Origin: an uncultured Dehalococcoidales bacterium
GTDB taxonomy: Bacteria > Chloroflexota > Dehalococcoidia > Lucifugimonadales > Lucifugimonadaceae
Assembly (NCBI GenBank): GCA_964590915.1
Contig: CAZPYN010000002.1
Location: forward strand, 17,426 to 81,425
Reading direction: 5' to 3'
DNA length: 64,000 bases
Part shown: positions 28,864 through 39,657 of the stretch, one piece after another
Numbering within the stretch: position 1 is the first letter of the stretch
How the letters are laid out: every line of letters starts with the position of its first letter
Translations under genes and position numbers: made by a program
The notes under the pieces: generated by a model
Seen by the model: the letters and a program-made list of their open reading frames with translations, nothing else
Told to the model about the DNA's origin: nothing
The model's database searches: none

Positions 28864-29910
28864 TTATCTATCTACCCAAATCTGTTGGTTAGATAGTTTA
28901 ATAGTTTCTCCTATTTTTTTTGCGAAAAATGTTTCTATAGAGTTAATTTCATCGATAAGCTTTTTTGATTTACTTTTCTCAACTGATAATAATAATCCCC
29001 CTGATGTTTGTGAATCAAACAAAATCATTTTTTCATTATTTGAAATTGTTTCGTCCCAAGTAATATTTTTATCCAAAATCCTTTTATTGTTTTTCGTTCC
29101 TGTTGGCCAAAATTCTTTTTTTGATAATTTTAAACTTCCTTCAAGAATTGGTATTTCATCAAAATTTAGTTTTGCAGAAATCTTACTTCCTTCTAAAATA
29201 TTTTTTAAATGTCCTATAAGTCCATACCCACTTACATCTGTGCCCGCTTTTACTTTCAAAGCACTAGCTTTTTCAGAAGGAACATTATTAAGTTGTTTCA
29301 TATAATAAATTGCCTTATCAATTATTTGTTTTTCTAATAGGGTAGATTTTGCTGCTGTAGTTATTATTCCATTCCCAATTGGTTTAGTTATAATTAGATC
29401 TTGATTTGGCTTTGCATTTGTTACTTTCATTACATTTTTTGGATTAATGTTCCCTATAACGGCAAGACCATATTTGGGTTCTGCATCATTAATTGTATGA
29501 CCCCCAGCAATAATAACATTTGCTTTTTGAGCAATATTATTCCCTCCAGAAAGGATTCTTTCAATATATTTATTAGGTAAATTATCTCCAAAACATGATA
29601 TATTCAATGCGAGAAAGGGATTTCCTCCCATTGCATATACATCAGAAATTGCATTTGCAGCAGCAATTTGACCAAATACATATGGATCATCTACTACTGG
29701 TGAAAAAAAATCAGTAGTAAAAACAATAGCATTATTTTCTGAAACTTTATAAATAGCTGCATCATCTTTCGTGGTATGATCAACCAGTAAATTTTCAGAA
29801 ATCATATTTATATTGAGCTGGCCCAGAACCCTGTCCAGTTCCTCTAATGAGGCTTTGCCAGCTCAACCTCCACTTTTCGAAAGGCTTGTTAACCTGAATT
29901 CTTTGTTCAT
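28864..29910 (-). CDS. selD: selenide, water dikinase (selenophosphate synthetase), selenocysteine-containing (UGA at codon 16)
   Basis: The track ORF 28864..29805 starts mid-protein. The same frame extended through the TGA at 29863-29865 reaches the ATG at 29908-29910: MNKEFRLTSLSKSGG-U-AGKASLEELDRVLGQLNIN-MISENLL. The U-x-x-K spacing equals the Cys17/Lys20 active-site loop of E. coli SelD. Downstream are TTDFFSPVVDDPYVFGQIAAANAISDVYAMGG. Total length is 1047 nt, in frame. Confidence 0.85.
29813..29866 (-). promoter_or_regulatory. candidate bacterial SECIS element for the selD UGA
   Basis: In the mRNA, 5'-UUGAGCUGGC (containing the UGA) pairs perfectly over 10 bp with GCCAGCUCAA 34 nt downstream. 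The enclosed part can form CCUC-AUUA-GAGG and GAAC-N8-GUUC hairpins. It is a local GC-rich island in an AT-rich genome. Confidence 0.5.
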
Positions 29911-30018
29911 AAAGTTAAATACTTTTAAATTTTAAATTAAAGTATAGAATTTAGAATAGAATAATAAAGTAAATAGTTATATAAAATTATATAAATTTAT
30001 CAATATAAGTAGGTATAT

Positions 30019-31350
30019 ATGAATTTTAATAATCAATTCATAGGTAAAGAGCTATTCCCAAATAAAACTGACGTGAATTCTGCCAATAATTTATCTATAA
30101 ATGGTTTTGATTTAACAAAATTAGCTGAGAAATATCAAACACCGTTATATGTATATGATGAAGATACAATTATTTCAACAATTAAAGATTTTCAAAATTC
30201 TTTCAAATCGGAAATAGATAGTTCAATAATATCGTATTCAACAAAAGCCTTTTCGAATCCTTATCTACTAAAACTACTAAATGAAAACGACATGAATATT
30301 GATGTCGTAACAGGAGGAGAATTGGCAATAGCTCAATTTGTTGAGTTTCCTTCAAAAAGAATCAATTTTCATGGAAACAATAAATCTGTTGATGAATTGA
30401 AAGAAGCACTAGATTATGGCATCGAGCATATAACGATTGACTCATTCAATGAAATTCAAAATTTGAAAAAAATAACACAAGAATTGAATATTATTCAAGA
30501 TGTGATGATAAGAGTCTCTCCATCTGTAGACCCAAAAACTCATTTGTTAACAACCACAGGTATTTTGGATTCAAAGTTTGGGTTCTCTATAGAAACAGGA
30601 GATGCTGAAAAAGCAATATTTGAATTATCTAAAATAAAAAATCTTAATTTGCTTGGTTTACATTTTCATTTAGGCTCTCCTATTTTTGAAGTACAGCCAT
30701 ACACAGAAGCTATTGAATATGTATATAGTTTTGCTTCTGAAATGAAGAATAAATATAATTTTCAAATGAAAAAATTTAGTCCTGGGGGTGGCTTTGCCAT
30801 AGGATATACCACTGAAAAAAAACCTTTATTGATACGTGAATATGCAAAATCAATTTGTGATTCTATAAAAAAATCGGCTAAAAAATATAAATTCCCAATA
30901 CCAATGGTCATACTTGAACCAGGACGTGCTCTTATAGGACGCTCTGGCGTTAGCATTTATAAAATAGGTTCTATTAAATCTATTCCTAATGTGAGAAATT
31001 ATATTTCTGTAGATGGTGGAATGGGTGATAATATTAGACCTGCATTGTATGGATCGGAATACTCTGTTTTTTCCGTATCTAAAATTAACAGTAATGAAAA
31101 ATCTATTAAGGCTACGATTGCTGGAAAATTTTGCGAATCAGGAGATATACTGGCTAAAGATGTTCATATTCCAAATCCTGAAATAAATGATTTATTGGTA
31201 TTACCATCATCGGGAGCATATAATCTTGCTATGTCAAGTAATTATAATATGCAAGTAAGACCAGCTGTAATAATGATTACAAAAGGAGAAACTAAAATTA
31301 TAAAAAGACGAGAAACATATAAAGATTTATTGTCAACTTCACTTTTATGA
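30019..31350 (+). CDS. lysA: diaminopimelate decarboxylase
   Basis: 443 aa with the PLP Lys in YSTKAF, plus HFHLGS, SPGGGF, EPGRALIG and CESGD. Confidence 0.9.
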   Translation: MNFNNQFIGKELFPNKTDVNSANNLSINGFDLTKLAEKYQTPLYVYDEDTIISTIKDFQNSFKSEIDSSIISYSTKAFSNPYLLKLLNENDMNIDVVTGGELAIAQFVEFPSKRINFHGNNKSVDELKEALDYGIEHITIDSFNEIQNLKKITQELNIIQDVMIRVSPSVDPKTHLLTTTGILDSKFGFSIETGDAEKAIFELSKIKNLNLLGLHFHLGSPIFEVQPYTEAIEYVYSFASEMKNKYNFQMKKFSPGGGFAIGYTTEKKPLLIREYAKSICDSIKKSAKKYKFPIPMVILEPGRALIGRSGVSIYKIGSIKSIPNVRNYISVDGGMGDNIRPALYGSEYSVFSVSKINSNEKSIKATIAGKFCESGDILAKDVHIPNPEINDLLVLPSSGAYNLAMSSNYNMQVRPAVIMITKGETKIIKRRETYKDLLSTSLL

Positions 31351-32357
31351 GAACCATTGGGCATGATAATGCAATTAATTATTTAAAAAATGCATTTCTT
31401 CAAAATTCATTTGCGCATTTTTATATTTTTTATGGTCCGAAACATGTCGGGAAAACTACATTAGCATACGATTTTGTTAAACTTTTGAATTGTACTTCAA
31501 AACAAAATGAATTTGGGTGTGAGTCTTGTGAAAATTGTAAAAAAATCAATCTTAATAATTATTATGATTTAATATGTGTTAACAGTAACACACCTATAGA
31601 ATCAACTTCTACGAACTCTTCTGATCAAATAAGAATAGGACACATTCACCAAATCAATCATTCTGCAAATCTTGGACCTTTTATAGGAAAATATAAGATA
31701 TTTTTAATTGAAAATGCTCAAAACTTGAATAACGAGGCATCAAATGCATTTTTGAAACTATTAGAAGAACCTCCAAAAGGGTCAATCTTTATTTTTTTGG
31801 TTTCAGATCTTTCAAAATTATATTCAACGATATTATCTAGAGCCCAAAAAATTGCATTATCAGAATTAAAAGATGAGCAAATTGAAGATTGGATACAACA
31901 AAGGTATGATTACGATCATGATACAACAAAAAAAATCGTTCAATTTTCACAAGGGTTACTAGGTAAAGCTTTTTTAGTTTCAGAAAACATTTCTTTATTG
32001 GAAGAATATAAAGAATCATATAATAGATTTTATGAGTTTTGTAACTCGGCATTGTCGAATCGACTAAATATCTCTCAAAAATTATCTACTAGATTTAGAA
32101 CTGATCGAAATGGTATATATCAAGAACTAAATAATTGGATGAACTTTTGTGATTTGATAATCAAAAAAAATTTTGATACAGATTTAAATTTTATATTTGA
32201 TTTTGATATGAAAAAAACATATAACATAAAGGAAATAAATAAAATAATAATAATATTATTAAGATCAATTAATAATCTTCAGATTAATGTAAACTCTAGA
32301 CTTGTTTTTGATGTTATGAGTTTGGATATTCCAGAGAAACAAAATAGTGTTCGGTAA
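31347..32357 (+). CDS. holB: DNA polymerase III subunit delta'
   Basis: 336 aa with an AAA+ clamp-loader fold: P-loop-like FYGPKHVGKTTLA, Zn module CESCENC and the SRC-type motif LSRAQKI. ATGA overlap with lysA. Confidence 0.8.
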   Translation: MRTIGHDNAINYLKNAFLQNSFAHFYIFYGPKHVGKTTLAYDFVKLLNCTSKQNEFGCESCENCKKINLNNYYDLICVNSNTPIESTSTNSSDQIRIGHIHQINHSANLGPFIGKYKIFLIENAQNLNNEASNAFLKLLEEPPKGSIFIFLVSDLSKLYSTILSRAQKIALSELKDEQIEDWIQQRYDYDHDTTKKIVQFSQGLLGKAFLVSENISLLEEYKESYNRFYEFCNSALSNRLNISQKLSTRFRTDRNGIYQELNNWMNFCDLIIKKNFDTDLNFIFDFDMKKTYNIKEINKIIIILLRSINNLQINVNSRLVFDVMSLDIPEKQNSVR

Positions 32358-33009
32358 AACAAAATATAAATCTATCTCAATAGATGGACCTGCTGCATCT
32401 GGAAAGTCTGCGGTAGGTAAAATGCTTTCTATGCAACTTAAATATAATTTTTTAGATACAGGAATAATGTATAGAGCCGTAACTTACATATCTTTATTAG
32501 AAAAAATCACTCCTGAAATAGCTTCAACATTTTTTCAACATACAAAGTTGAAATTAACAACAAAAAATTATCAAAACTCTTTATTTTATGAAAATAAGGA
32601 AATCACAGCTTCACTTTATTCAAAGAGAATAGATTCTAAAGTATCACAGGTGTCTCAAAAACCAATTGTTAGAAATAATTTGGTAGATTTCCAAAGAAAT
32701 TTGGCAATTGAAGGAAATATAGTTATGGTTGGGAGAGACATAAGTACAGTAGTACTTCCTAATTCAGATTTAAAAATTTTTTTAAGGGCTAGTTTGGATA
32801 TAAGAGCTAAAAGAAGAGCTAAAGAAATCAATTCAGAAGATATAAATATAATTAGGGAAAGTATTCTTGTAAGGGATCAAATAGATTCGAAAAGAGAACT
32901 TTCACCTTTGAAAATTGCAAAAGAATCGTTTGTCATACATACTGATGAATTAGATATAGTTGAAGTTGTTTCAGAAATAAAAAAATTGTATGAAAAAATA
33001 AATGACTAA
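32347..33009 (+). CDS. cmk: cytidylate kinase
   Basis: 220 aa with a GTG start and motifs IDGPAASGKS, LDTGIMYRA and GRDISTVV. Confidence 0.9.
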   Translation: MFGKTKYKSISIDGPAASGKSAVGKMLSMQLKYNFLDTGIMYRAVTYISLLEKITPEIASTFFQHTKLKLTTKNYQNSLFYENKEITASLYSKRIDSKVSQVSQKPIVRNNLVDFQRNLAIEGNIVMVGRDISTVVLPNSDLKIFLRASLDIRAKRRAKEINSEDINIIRESILVRDQIDSKRELSPLKIAKESFVIHTDELDIVEVVSEIKKLYEKIND

Positions 33010-33670
33010 GTTATATAACATATGTGATGTAGCGCTAATGTGTACGTTTAAAGCATTCGGAGATTTTAAAGTCTCAGGTAGAGAAAATGTACCAAAGGAT
33101 AAATCAATTATACTTGTTTCAAATCATCTTTCTATTATCGATCCTCCATTGTGCGCAAATGCAGTTGGTAAAGAACCAAGATTTTTGGCCAAAAAGGAAT
33201 TATTTAAGTTCCCAAGCAATATTTTATTAAAATATTATGGAGCATTTTCAATTAACAGAGGATTTACAGACATTAAAGCATTTAACTGGTCAAAGCAGCA
33301 ACTTAAAGGTAATAAATCTTTATTAGTTTTTCCAGAAGGTACACGTAGTAATGATGGAAAACTAAAACAAGGATATAATGGGGCAATAATCTTAGCACTA
33401 GCTACTGAATCAATACTCTTGCCCGTTTCTGTAACTGGTACTGAAAATTGTAAGAACATTTTACAATTTTTGTATCCAAAAATGAAAGTCAGAATAACAA
33501 TTGGTAACCCGTTTACTCTGCATAATGTTCCGAAGGATCGGAATAAAAGTTTTATAAAAAGTGCAACCAGTGAAATGATGATGAGAATAGCGAATATTTT
33601 ACCGCAGAAATATAAATTCAATAAAGAAATATACAAGGAAAAAAATTTTATTTATACTAAAAAGATTTAA
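33002..33670 (+). CDS. plsC: 1-acyl-sn-glycerol-3-phosphate acyltransferase
   Basis: 222 aa with the acyltransferase motifs NHLSIIDP (HX4D) and FPEGTRS. Confidence 0.8.
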   Translation: MTKLYNICDVALMCTFKAFGDFKVSGRENVPKDKSIILVSNHLSIIDPPLCANAVGKEPRFLAKKELFKFPSNILLKYYGAFSINRGFTDIKAFNWSKQQLKGNKSLLVFPEGTRSNDGKLKQGYNGAIILALATESILLPVSVTGTENCKNILQFLYPKMKVRITIGNPFTLHNVPKDRNKSFIKSATSEMMMRIANILPQKYKFNKEIYKEKNFIYTKKI

Positions 33671-33673
33671 AAA

Positions 33674-34753
33674 ATGGAACTTAATGAAATTTCAAATATA
33701 TTTCAAAAAAAAATTGATAATAATGAATCTTTATTATCTAAGTATGCCATAAAACAAATTAACTCTAAGAGAAAAAATAAAGAATGTGAAGCAAAGAAAT
33801 CTTATAGAAGTGCTTATCAAATTGATAGAGATAGAATAATTCACACTAATTCATTTCGAAGGCTCAAGCATAAAAGTCAAGTTTTTGTAGCACCTAAAGG
33901 TGACCACTATACTACAAGATTGACTCATGTGATAGAAGTCTCACAAATAGGACGAACAATAGCTAGGGCACTAAATTTAAATGAAGATATGGTTGAGGCA
34001 GCATCTTTGGGTCATGACTTAGGACATACGCCGTTTGGCCATATAGGGGAGTCTGCTTTAAACGATTTACTACAAAATGGTTTTCATCATTCAAAACATT
34101 CCGTAAGAATTATTGAAGTCCTTGAAAAAGACGGAGTTGGACTTAATCTTACTTTAGATGTTATTGAAGCAATTAGGAAACATTCTAAACCTCAGGGGAA
34201 CTTTTTGAATAGAGAAGCTGTTATAGGAATGTCTTTAGAAGCACAAATAGTCCGAATCTCAGATGCTTTAGCTTATCTAAGCCATGATATAGAGGATGCT
34301 TTCAGATCAAATTTCCTGTCAAAGAAAAAAATACCTAATCATATTGCAGAATTTATAAATTTACCACTTTCAAAAAGGATTAATATTTTAGTAAGCGATC
34401 TTGTCAAAAATTCTTGGGCTTGTACTGGACTTCACAATACTAAACAGATCCCTATAATTAAAATGTCTAATGATATTTCTACCCTTGTCACTGAACTTAG
34501 AAATTATTTGTTTGAAAACTTTTATTTGCCTGTTAGTAATTCTGAACAGGGAGAAACAGCTTATAGAATTGTTAGACTTTTGTTTGAATTTTATTTGGAG
34601 AATCAACAATTTATACCAAAAACTTACTATAAAACAGGACAGAATATTGAAATTGCTGTTGCAGATTATATTTGTGGAATGACTGATAATTTTGCTATTG
34701 AGGAAGCAAAAAAAATTTCTCCAGGAATAACAAAAAAAATTACGAATATTTGA
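33674..34753 (+). CDS. dGTPase-like HD-domain deoxynucleoside triphosphate triphosphohydrolase
   Basis: 359 aa with DRDRIIHTNSFRRLKHKSQV, TRLTHVIEVSQI and GHDLGHTPFGH. Its position directly upstream of dnaG is as in many Gram-positive-type genomes. Confidence 0.8.
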   Translation: MELNEISNIFQKKIDNNESLLSKYAIKQINSKRKNKECEAKKSYRSAYQIDRDRIIHTNSFRRLKHKSQVFVAPKGDHYTTRLTHVIEVSQIGRTIARALNLNEDMVEAASLGHDLGHTPFGHIGESALNDLLQNGFHHSKHSVRIIEVLEKDGVGLNLTLDVIEAIRKHSKPQGNFLNREAVIGMSLEAQIVRISDALAYLSHDIEDAFRSNFLSKKKIPNHIAEFINLPLSKRINILVSDLVKNSWACTGLHNTKQIPIIKMSNDISTLVTELRNYLFENFYLPVSNSEQGETAYRIVRLLFEFYLENQQFIPKTYYKTGQNIEIAVADYICGMTDNFAIEEAKKISPGITKKITNI

Positions 34754-34854
34754 TTTAATAAAATCAAAAAGAGTAACAAAAAATAAACAAAAATTTATTT
34801 ATTTTTTATAAGATAACTATACAATTATTTTTACTTTAAATTCAAAAATATACT

Positions 34855-36717
34855 ATGCCTCAAGATTTGAAAGAAATTATAAAAGAAAGACTCGATTTAG
34901 AAGATTTTTTACAACATAAAGGATTCAATTGGTCAAAAAGCGGATCGATATCAAAAACTCTTTGTATGTTTCATGATGAAAAAACACCCTCCTTCACTTT
35001 GAGTAGAGACAAAAAAAGATTTAAGTGTTTTGGATGTAATCAAAGTGGAGATGTTTTTGATTTTTTAATGTCCTATGAGAAATTAACTTTTACAGATTCC
35101 ATAAAACAACTTTCTTCTTATCTTTCTATCGACTATGACGAAAGCTCTTTTATAAATATGAAAGAAAAAAATAAAAAAAATGACTTGATAAAAAAAGAGG
35201 TTTATGAAGTAAATAAGATTGCAAACAGTTATTTTCAAAAGCAACTGACCAATAATACTTCTGAGAATTCTAAGGAGATATTGTCCTATTTGAAAAATAG
35301 AGGAATTACTCCAGACGCAATTAAAAAACATCATATTGGTTATTGTCCAGATGGTAATTTAGGTAGCCTTTTTGAGTATTTTCGATCAAATAAGACAAAT
35401 AAAAGAGGCGTAAAAAATTCAAATCTACTAGTTAAAAAAGAAAATTCAGAAGAATGGATAGATTTTTTTAGAAATCGTACAACTATAGCAATTTTAGATG
35501 AAAATTCTAATATTGTTGGTTTTGGAGGACGATCAACTAATGAAATTCAAAAAAGTAAATATATAAATTCTAAAGATAGTGAAATTTTTAATAAATCTAA
35601 AATATTGTATGGCATAGATCGAGCTTCTGAAAAAATAAAATTAAAATCACAGGTAGTCATTGTAGAAGGTTATTTTGATTGTATATCTGCTTACGAAAAA
35701 GGTTATGATAATGTTGTCGCTGCTATGGGGACACAGCTATCAATAGAAAATTTTGAAAAATTAAAAAACCTTGTTACCTATAGTTCAGATTCAGGAGAAA
35801 TGATTTTTTGTTTTGATAATGATGTAGCTGGACATAAGGCAGCAGTAGATTCAATTAATAAATTGAGAGCAAACATAGCAATAAATGTTAGAAAAGCTAA
35901 TAAAAAAATAAAAGTAAAAATATGCTTTCCTAAATCAGGGAAAGATCCTGATGAGATCATCAGGAGTAATCCACTTGAATGGGAAGAAATGATATTAAAT
36001 TCTCAAAATTTCATTGATTTTATGATTGATCATTATACAGATGAATTATTAGGTGAAAAAAATAAAGATACATTTAAATTTTTAGAAATAATAATGCCTT
36101 TTATAGTTGAGTGTTCAGATGAACTGCAACAAGGTAATTATTTAAAACATATTTCACAAATAACAGCTATAGATACTGATTTACTTAAAATAGAAGTGAC
36201 AAACAATTTGAAATCTAAATTTAGGAAATCAGGGAAAATATTATCAGATAATAAGAGAATAAAAGAAGTTATTTATAACGATGAAATGACAAGTGAAAAG
36301 CATTTCTTAGCTTTATTATTAGAATTCCCTTATTTATTTGAAAACGTTAAAGATATTGAAGAGTTCTATTTTTCAGACCTTCATTATAGATCTATTTTTA
36401 ATTTATGGAAAGAAAAAAATAAAGTTATTGAAAAAGACCAAATAAAAGTTGATTTGAAATTTATTTATGATGATATAAATAAATACATAATAAAAAATTT
36501 AATCAACAATCCCGATTTAAGTAACGATATTGAATTAGAAAAGGTGAAAAATAGAATAGCTATTGATTATCATAAAAGAAAAATTCAAGAAACAGAAAGT
36601 AGATTAAATGAAGAAGAAACTTTAGATTCTAAAGATAAGCAAGTTATATCTTCTTTGATGAAAGAATTGACAGATATAACAGAAAAATTGAAATTACTTG
36701 AAAGGGCACAATATTAA
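34855..36717 (+). CDS. dnaG: DNA primase
   Basis: 620 aa with a CHC2 Zn finger ([11 protein letters not shown]...FKCFGC), an RNA polymerase core and TOPRIM ([17 protein letters not shown]). Confidence 0.9.
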   Translation: MPQDLKEIIKERLDLEDFLQHKGFNWSKSGSISKTLCMFHDEKTPSFTLSRDKKRFKCFGCNQSGDVFDFLMSYEKLTFTDSIKQLSSYLSIDYDESSFINMKEKNKKNDLIKKEVYEVNKIANSYFQKQLTNNTSENSKEILSYLKNRGITPDAIKKHHIGYCPDGNLGSLFEYFRSNKTNKRGVKNSNLLVKKENSEEWIDFFRNRTTIAILDENSNIVGFGGRSTNEIQKSKYINSKDSEIFNKSKILYGIDRASEKIKLKSQVVIVEGYFDCISAYEKGYDNVVAAMGTQLSIENFEKLKNLVTYSSDSGEMIFCFDNDVAGHKAAVDSINKLRANIAINVRKANKKIKVKICFPKSGKDPDEIIRSNPLEWEEMILNSQNFIDFMIDHYTDELLGEKNKDTFKFLEIIMPFIVECSDELQQGNYLKHISQITAIDTDLLKIEVTNNLKSKFRKSGKILSDNKRIKEVIYNDEMTSEKHFLALLLEFPYLFENVKDIEEFYFSDLHYRSIFNLWKEKNKVIEKDQIKVDLKFIYDDINKYIIKNLINNPDLSNDIELEKVKNRIAIDYHKRKIQETESRLNEEETLDSKDKQVISSLMKELTDITEKLKLLERAQY

Positions 36718-38201
36718 TGAAAACTAACCCATCTCAAAATGAAAATGAAAATTTGTTTGTTAATATTGATAATCTTGATGCCCCTTCAAATCTGAATGAA
36801 GTATATGTTCCAAAATCTAACACCGTTGAAGATGAAGAGGATCTTCCATCATTAAACACCTCTTTAAATTCTGATGATTTAATGAATATTATTTCTCGAG
36901 AAAAAAAAATACATAAAGATAATTATGAAGATCCTATAAGAATGTATTTAAAAGAGATTGGAGATGTAAAACTTTTATCAAGAAAAGATGAAGAAATATT
37001 GGCAAGAACAATAGATCTTAAGTACCAATACCAGAATTTGACTACAGAATTAGAAGAAACCGAACCAGGAATTGTTACTTCTGTAGATTTGGTAATTGAA
37101 GTTATCAATAGAATAAATACCTTCTATTCTATTATGAAAAGCATAAGTGAATATTATGGAGGCCCAAAGCAAATCACACTAAATGATTTAATTCAAACTG
37201 ATTCACATGTTAATAAAATTCATGGAGTTTATGAAGATGCTTTGATTGCGTATCTTTCTGATAAAAACAATATTTCAAAAGAAAAAGTAGTAAATCAAAT
37301 AAAACAGATATCTGATTTATTAGGATTAATCCCTGTGGATATTTCAGATTTTGTTGATGAGAAATTTTTATCTTTAGAATTAAAGAAATTTATGTCTGAC
37401 AAAGATTTCTATGATCAATTGAAAGTTTATAGAATGATAATAGACAGTAATTATGATCAAATATTATCAAGAGCAGAATTAGCCCAAAATCACTTGGCTG
37501 AAGCAAATTTACGATTGGTTGTATCCATAGCGAAGAAATATATTGGTAGAGGATTGTCTTTGTTGGATTTGGTACAAGAAGGAAATATAGGTTTAATTAG
37601 AGCTGTTGAGAAATTTGACTATAGAAAAGGATTTAAATTTTCTACTTATGCAACTTGGTGGATTAGACAGTCAATTACAAGGGCAGTTGCAGATCAATCA
37701 AGAACTATAAGAATCCCTGTACATATGGTAGAACAAATCAATAAAATTTTGAGAGTGTCTAGAAGATTGGTACAGGAAAAAGGAGTTGAACCTACATCGG
37801 AGGATATAGGGAAAGAATTAGACATGGATGCTGATAAAGTGAATGAAATATTAAAAGCATCTCAAGATCCGATATCTTTAGAAGCTCCAATAGGGGAAGA
37901 GCAAGATTTGAATTTATCTGATTTAATAGAAGATCAGAATGCAGAATCTCCGCAAAATTCTGCTTCTAAAAGTTTACTGAAGTCTCAAATTGTTGAAGTT
38001 TTAGATACTCTTTCTCCAAGAGAGAGACAGGTAATAGAATTAAGATTTGGCATTAACGACAGTAGGCCCAGAACGCTTGAAGAAGTAGGATCTACATTTG
38101 GAGTTACCAGAGAAAGAATAAGGCAAATTGAAGCCAAGGCCTTGAGAAAATTACGACATCCAACAAGGTCATTTAGTCTTAAAGACTACCTCTCGCTATA
38201 A
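36717..38201 (+). CDS. rpoD: primary RNA polymerase sigma factor (sigma-70)
   Basis: 494 aa with region 2 ([48 protein letters not shown]), region 3 and region 4 ([20 protein letters not shown]). TAATG overlap with dnaG. Confidence 0.95.
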   Translation: MKTNPSQNENENLFVNIDNLDAPSNLNEVYVPKSNTVEDEEDLPSLNTSLNSDDLMNIISREKKIHKDNYEDPIRMYLKEIGDVKLLSRKDEEILARTIDLKYQYQNLTTELEETEPGIVTSVDLVIEVINRINTFYSIMKSISEYYGGPKQITLNDLIQTDSHVNKIHGVYEDALIAYLSDKNNISKEKVVNQIKQISDLLGLIPVDISDFVDEKFLSLELKKFMSDKDFYDQLKVYRMIIDSNYDQILSRAELAQNHLAEANLRLVVSIAKKYIGRGLSLLDLVQEGNIGLIRAVEKFDYRKGFKFSTYATWWIRQSITRAVADQSRTIRIPVHMVEQINKILRVSRRLVQEKGVEPTSEDIGKELDMDADKVNEILKASQDPISLEAPIGEEQDLNLSDLIEDQNAESPQNSASKSLLKSQIVEVLDTLSPRERQVIELRFGINDSRPRTLEEVGSTFGVTRERIRQIEAKALRKLRHPTRSFSLKDYLSL

Positions 38202-38294
38202 AGCATATAGTTAATAACTAAATGCTAGCTAATTTTGATTAAATTCTATTTATTAGCTATATTTGTATATATATATTAAAAAAATAAGTATATT

Positions 38295-38555
38295 TTGGTA
38301 ATAACATTAGATAATTTAAAAGATGTTTTGATGATAAGTTTTTTTGTGATATTTATCATTGTTGGTTTGCTTTGGACATTTATTTTTATTGTGGTTTACA
38401 GACGTTTAGCGAGTGTAAAAAATCAATTAGATAAGGCAAATGAAAAAGTAGAAGACTTTCGTGAATCCTTAAATACTATAAATAAAGCTATTTCTGTTGT
38501 TAAATCAATATTCAGAACTTCTAATAAAGAAAAAAAAGATAAAAAGAAAAAATAG
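38295..38555 (+). CDS. small N-terminally anchored coiled-coil membrane protein (DUF948-like)
   Basis: 86 aa with a TTG start: one TM helix followed by a coiled-coil segment and a Lys-rich tail. It is paired with a YtxH-like gene, as in Firmicutes. Confidence 0.4.
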   Translation: MVITLDNLKDVLMISFFVIFIIVGLLWTFIFIVVYRRLASVKNQLDKANEKVEDFRESLNTINKAISVVKSIFRTSNKEKKDKKKK

Positions 38556-38565
38556 GTAGGTATAT

Positions 38566-38808
38566 ATGTCTAAAGAAGATGCTTTTTATAAAGGTTTTTT
38601 TTATGGTTCAACATTAGGTTTTTTAGCGGGTATTATTTTTGCACCTAAACCAGGAGATGAAACTAGAGATATTCTTTCACATAACATTAATGATTGGAAA
38701 GAAAAGGCTAATGATCTAGTAGACTCTGCTAAAGACAGATTGATTGATGCAGTTGAAGAAGGGGTTGAAGCTTCAAAAAGATCAAAGTATGATTTATACG
38801 ACGATTAA
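38566..38808 (+). CDS. YtxH-domain general-stress-type protein
   Basis: 80 aa. GFFYGSTLGFLAGIIFAPKPGDETR is the YtxH signature. Confidence 0.6.
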   Translation: MSKEDAFYKGFFYGSTLGFLAGIIFAPKPGDETRDILSHNINDWKEKANDLVDSAKDRLIDAVEEGVEASKRSKYDLYDD

Positions 38809-39657
38809 CTAACTTCTAGGATAAGATCCCAGAACTTTAAGAAGAGTTGTAATTTTTGAAAGTTCATTTAATGCATCAATTACTAATTTATCCTCTATGT
38901 GACCATTGAAATCGACAATGAATGTATATTCACCCATTTGAGTTCCTTTGGGTCTACTTTCTATCTTTTGTAAGTTTATATTCCTTTTTGAAAAACATTC
39001 TAGAGCAGCTAATAATAACCCTGATTTGTCTTTGGTTTTAAAATCAAATGCAATAGAAGTTTTATCTTTACCACTTCTTCTTGATGGATTATTAGATATA
39101 ACAATAAATCTGGTAATGTTATTTTTAAAATCCTGAATTCCTTTTTCAAAAATATGATACTCATTAATTATTGCAGCTCTTTCAGGTCCTATCGCAGCAA
39201 CAGTAGAATCGTGATTATTTAAAGAACTAACAGCTTCGGCTGTTGACGGAGATTCTGTTAAAATAACATCTTTGTTGAGATTCTTTCTAATCCACTCATT
39301 ACATTGATTCATTGCTTCGGGTTTACTAATAATTTCAGTAATATAATCTAAACTGTCTATTTTATTTTTTGTTATTAAGCAAATATTTATAGGAATTAAG
39401 ATTTCTTCATTTAAGAATAGATTTTTTGATTTTATGAGATAATCTATAACCTCAATTATTGTTCCAACTCTAGAATTTTCAATTGGGATTATTCCCTCTG
39501 AATTTGTCTTTTTTTCAACACTTTCTAAAACTTCGAAAAGATTTTTTTTAGGAACAATTAAATTTTCTTTTTGATTTTTATGTATTAATGCAGCTTGTTC
39601 AGAATATGTTCCTTTGGGACCTAAATAACTTATTCGATTATCAATTTCTTTTTTCAT
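38809..39657 (-). CDS. pheA: prephenate dehydratase (PDT + ACT domains)
   Basis: 282 aa with ISYLGPKGTYSEQAA, NITRFIVI (TRF motif) and an ACT domain containing KIESRPKG. Confidence 0.85.
   Translation of the reverse strand: MKKEIDNRISYLGPKGTYSEQAALIHKNQKENLIVPKKNLFEVLESVEKKTNSEGIIPIENSRVGTIIEVIDYLIKSKNLFLNEEILIPINICLITKNKIDSLDYITEIISKPEAMNQCNEWIRKNLNKDVILTESPSTAEAVSSLNNHDSTVAAIGPERAAIINEYHIFEKGIQDFKNNITRFIVISNNPSRRSGKDKTSIAFDFKTKDKSGLLLAALECFSKRNINLQKIESRPKGTQMGEYTFIVDFNGHIEDKLVIDALNELSKITTLLKVLGSYPRS

Noticed and set aside
29911-30018. Intergenic regions upstream of lysA, lysC/proB, ileS and the metF-like gene, checked for riboswitch, T-box or leader structures.
   Set aside because: The regions are short (40-110 nt), almost pure A/T, and lack the conserved GC-containing helices of L-box, T-box, SAM or THF elements. 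Nothing is callable by eye.
30007-30021. The repeated string TAGGTATATATG at the starts of lysA (about 30010-30021) and the YtxH-like gene (about 38557-38568).
   Set aside because: It is a 12-nt AT-rich match occurring twice in 64 kb, and it overlaps an SD-like AGG plus a start codon. It is most likely a shared translation-initiation context or chance, not a regulatory repeat.
34778-34807. An inverted repeat (AAAAAATAAA / TTTATTTTTT) followed by T-rich sequence, lying between the dgt-like gene and dnaG, considered as an intrinsic terminator.
   Set aside because: The stem is composed only of A-T pairs, so its stability is very low. In a roughly 30% G+C genome such repeats arise by chance. dnaG is probably co-transcribed with, or separately promoted near, this spot.
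38227-38261. An 8-bp inverted repeat (TAGCTAAT ... ATTAGCTA) downstream of rpoD, considered as a terminator.
   Set aside because: The loop is about 19 nt, the stem is weak and there is no clean U-tract. This is not enough to call.
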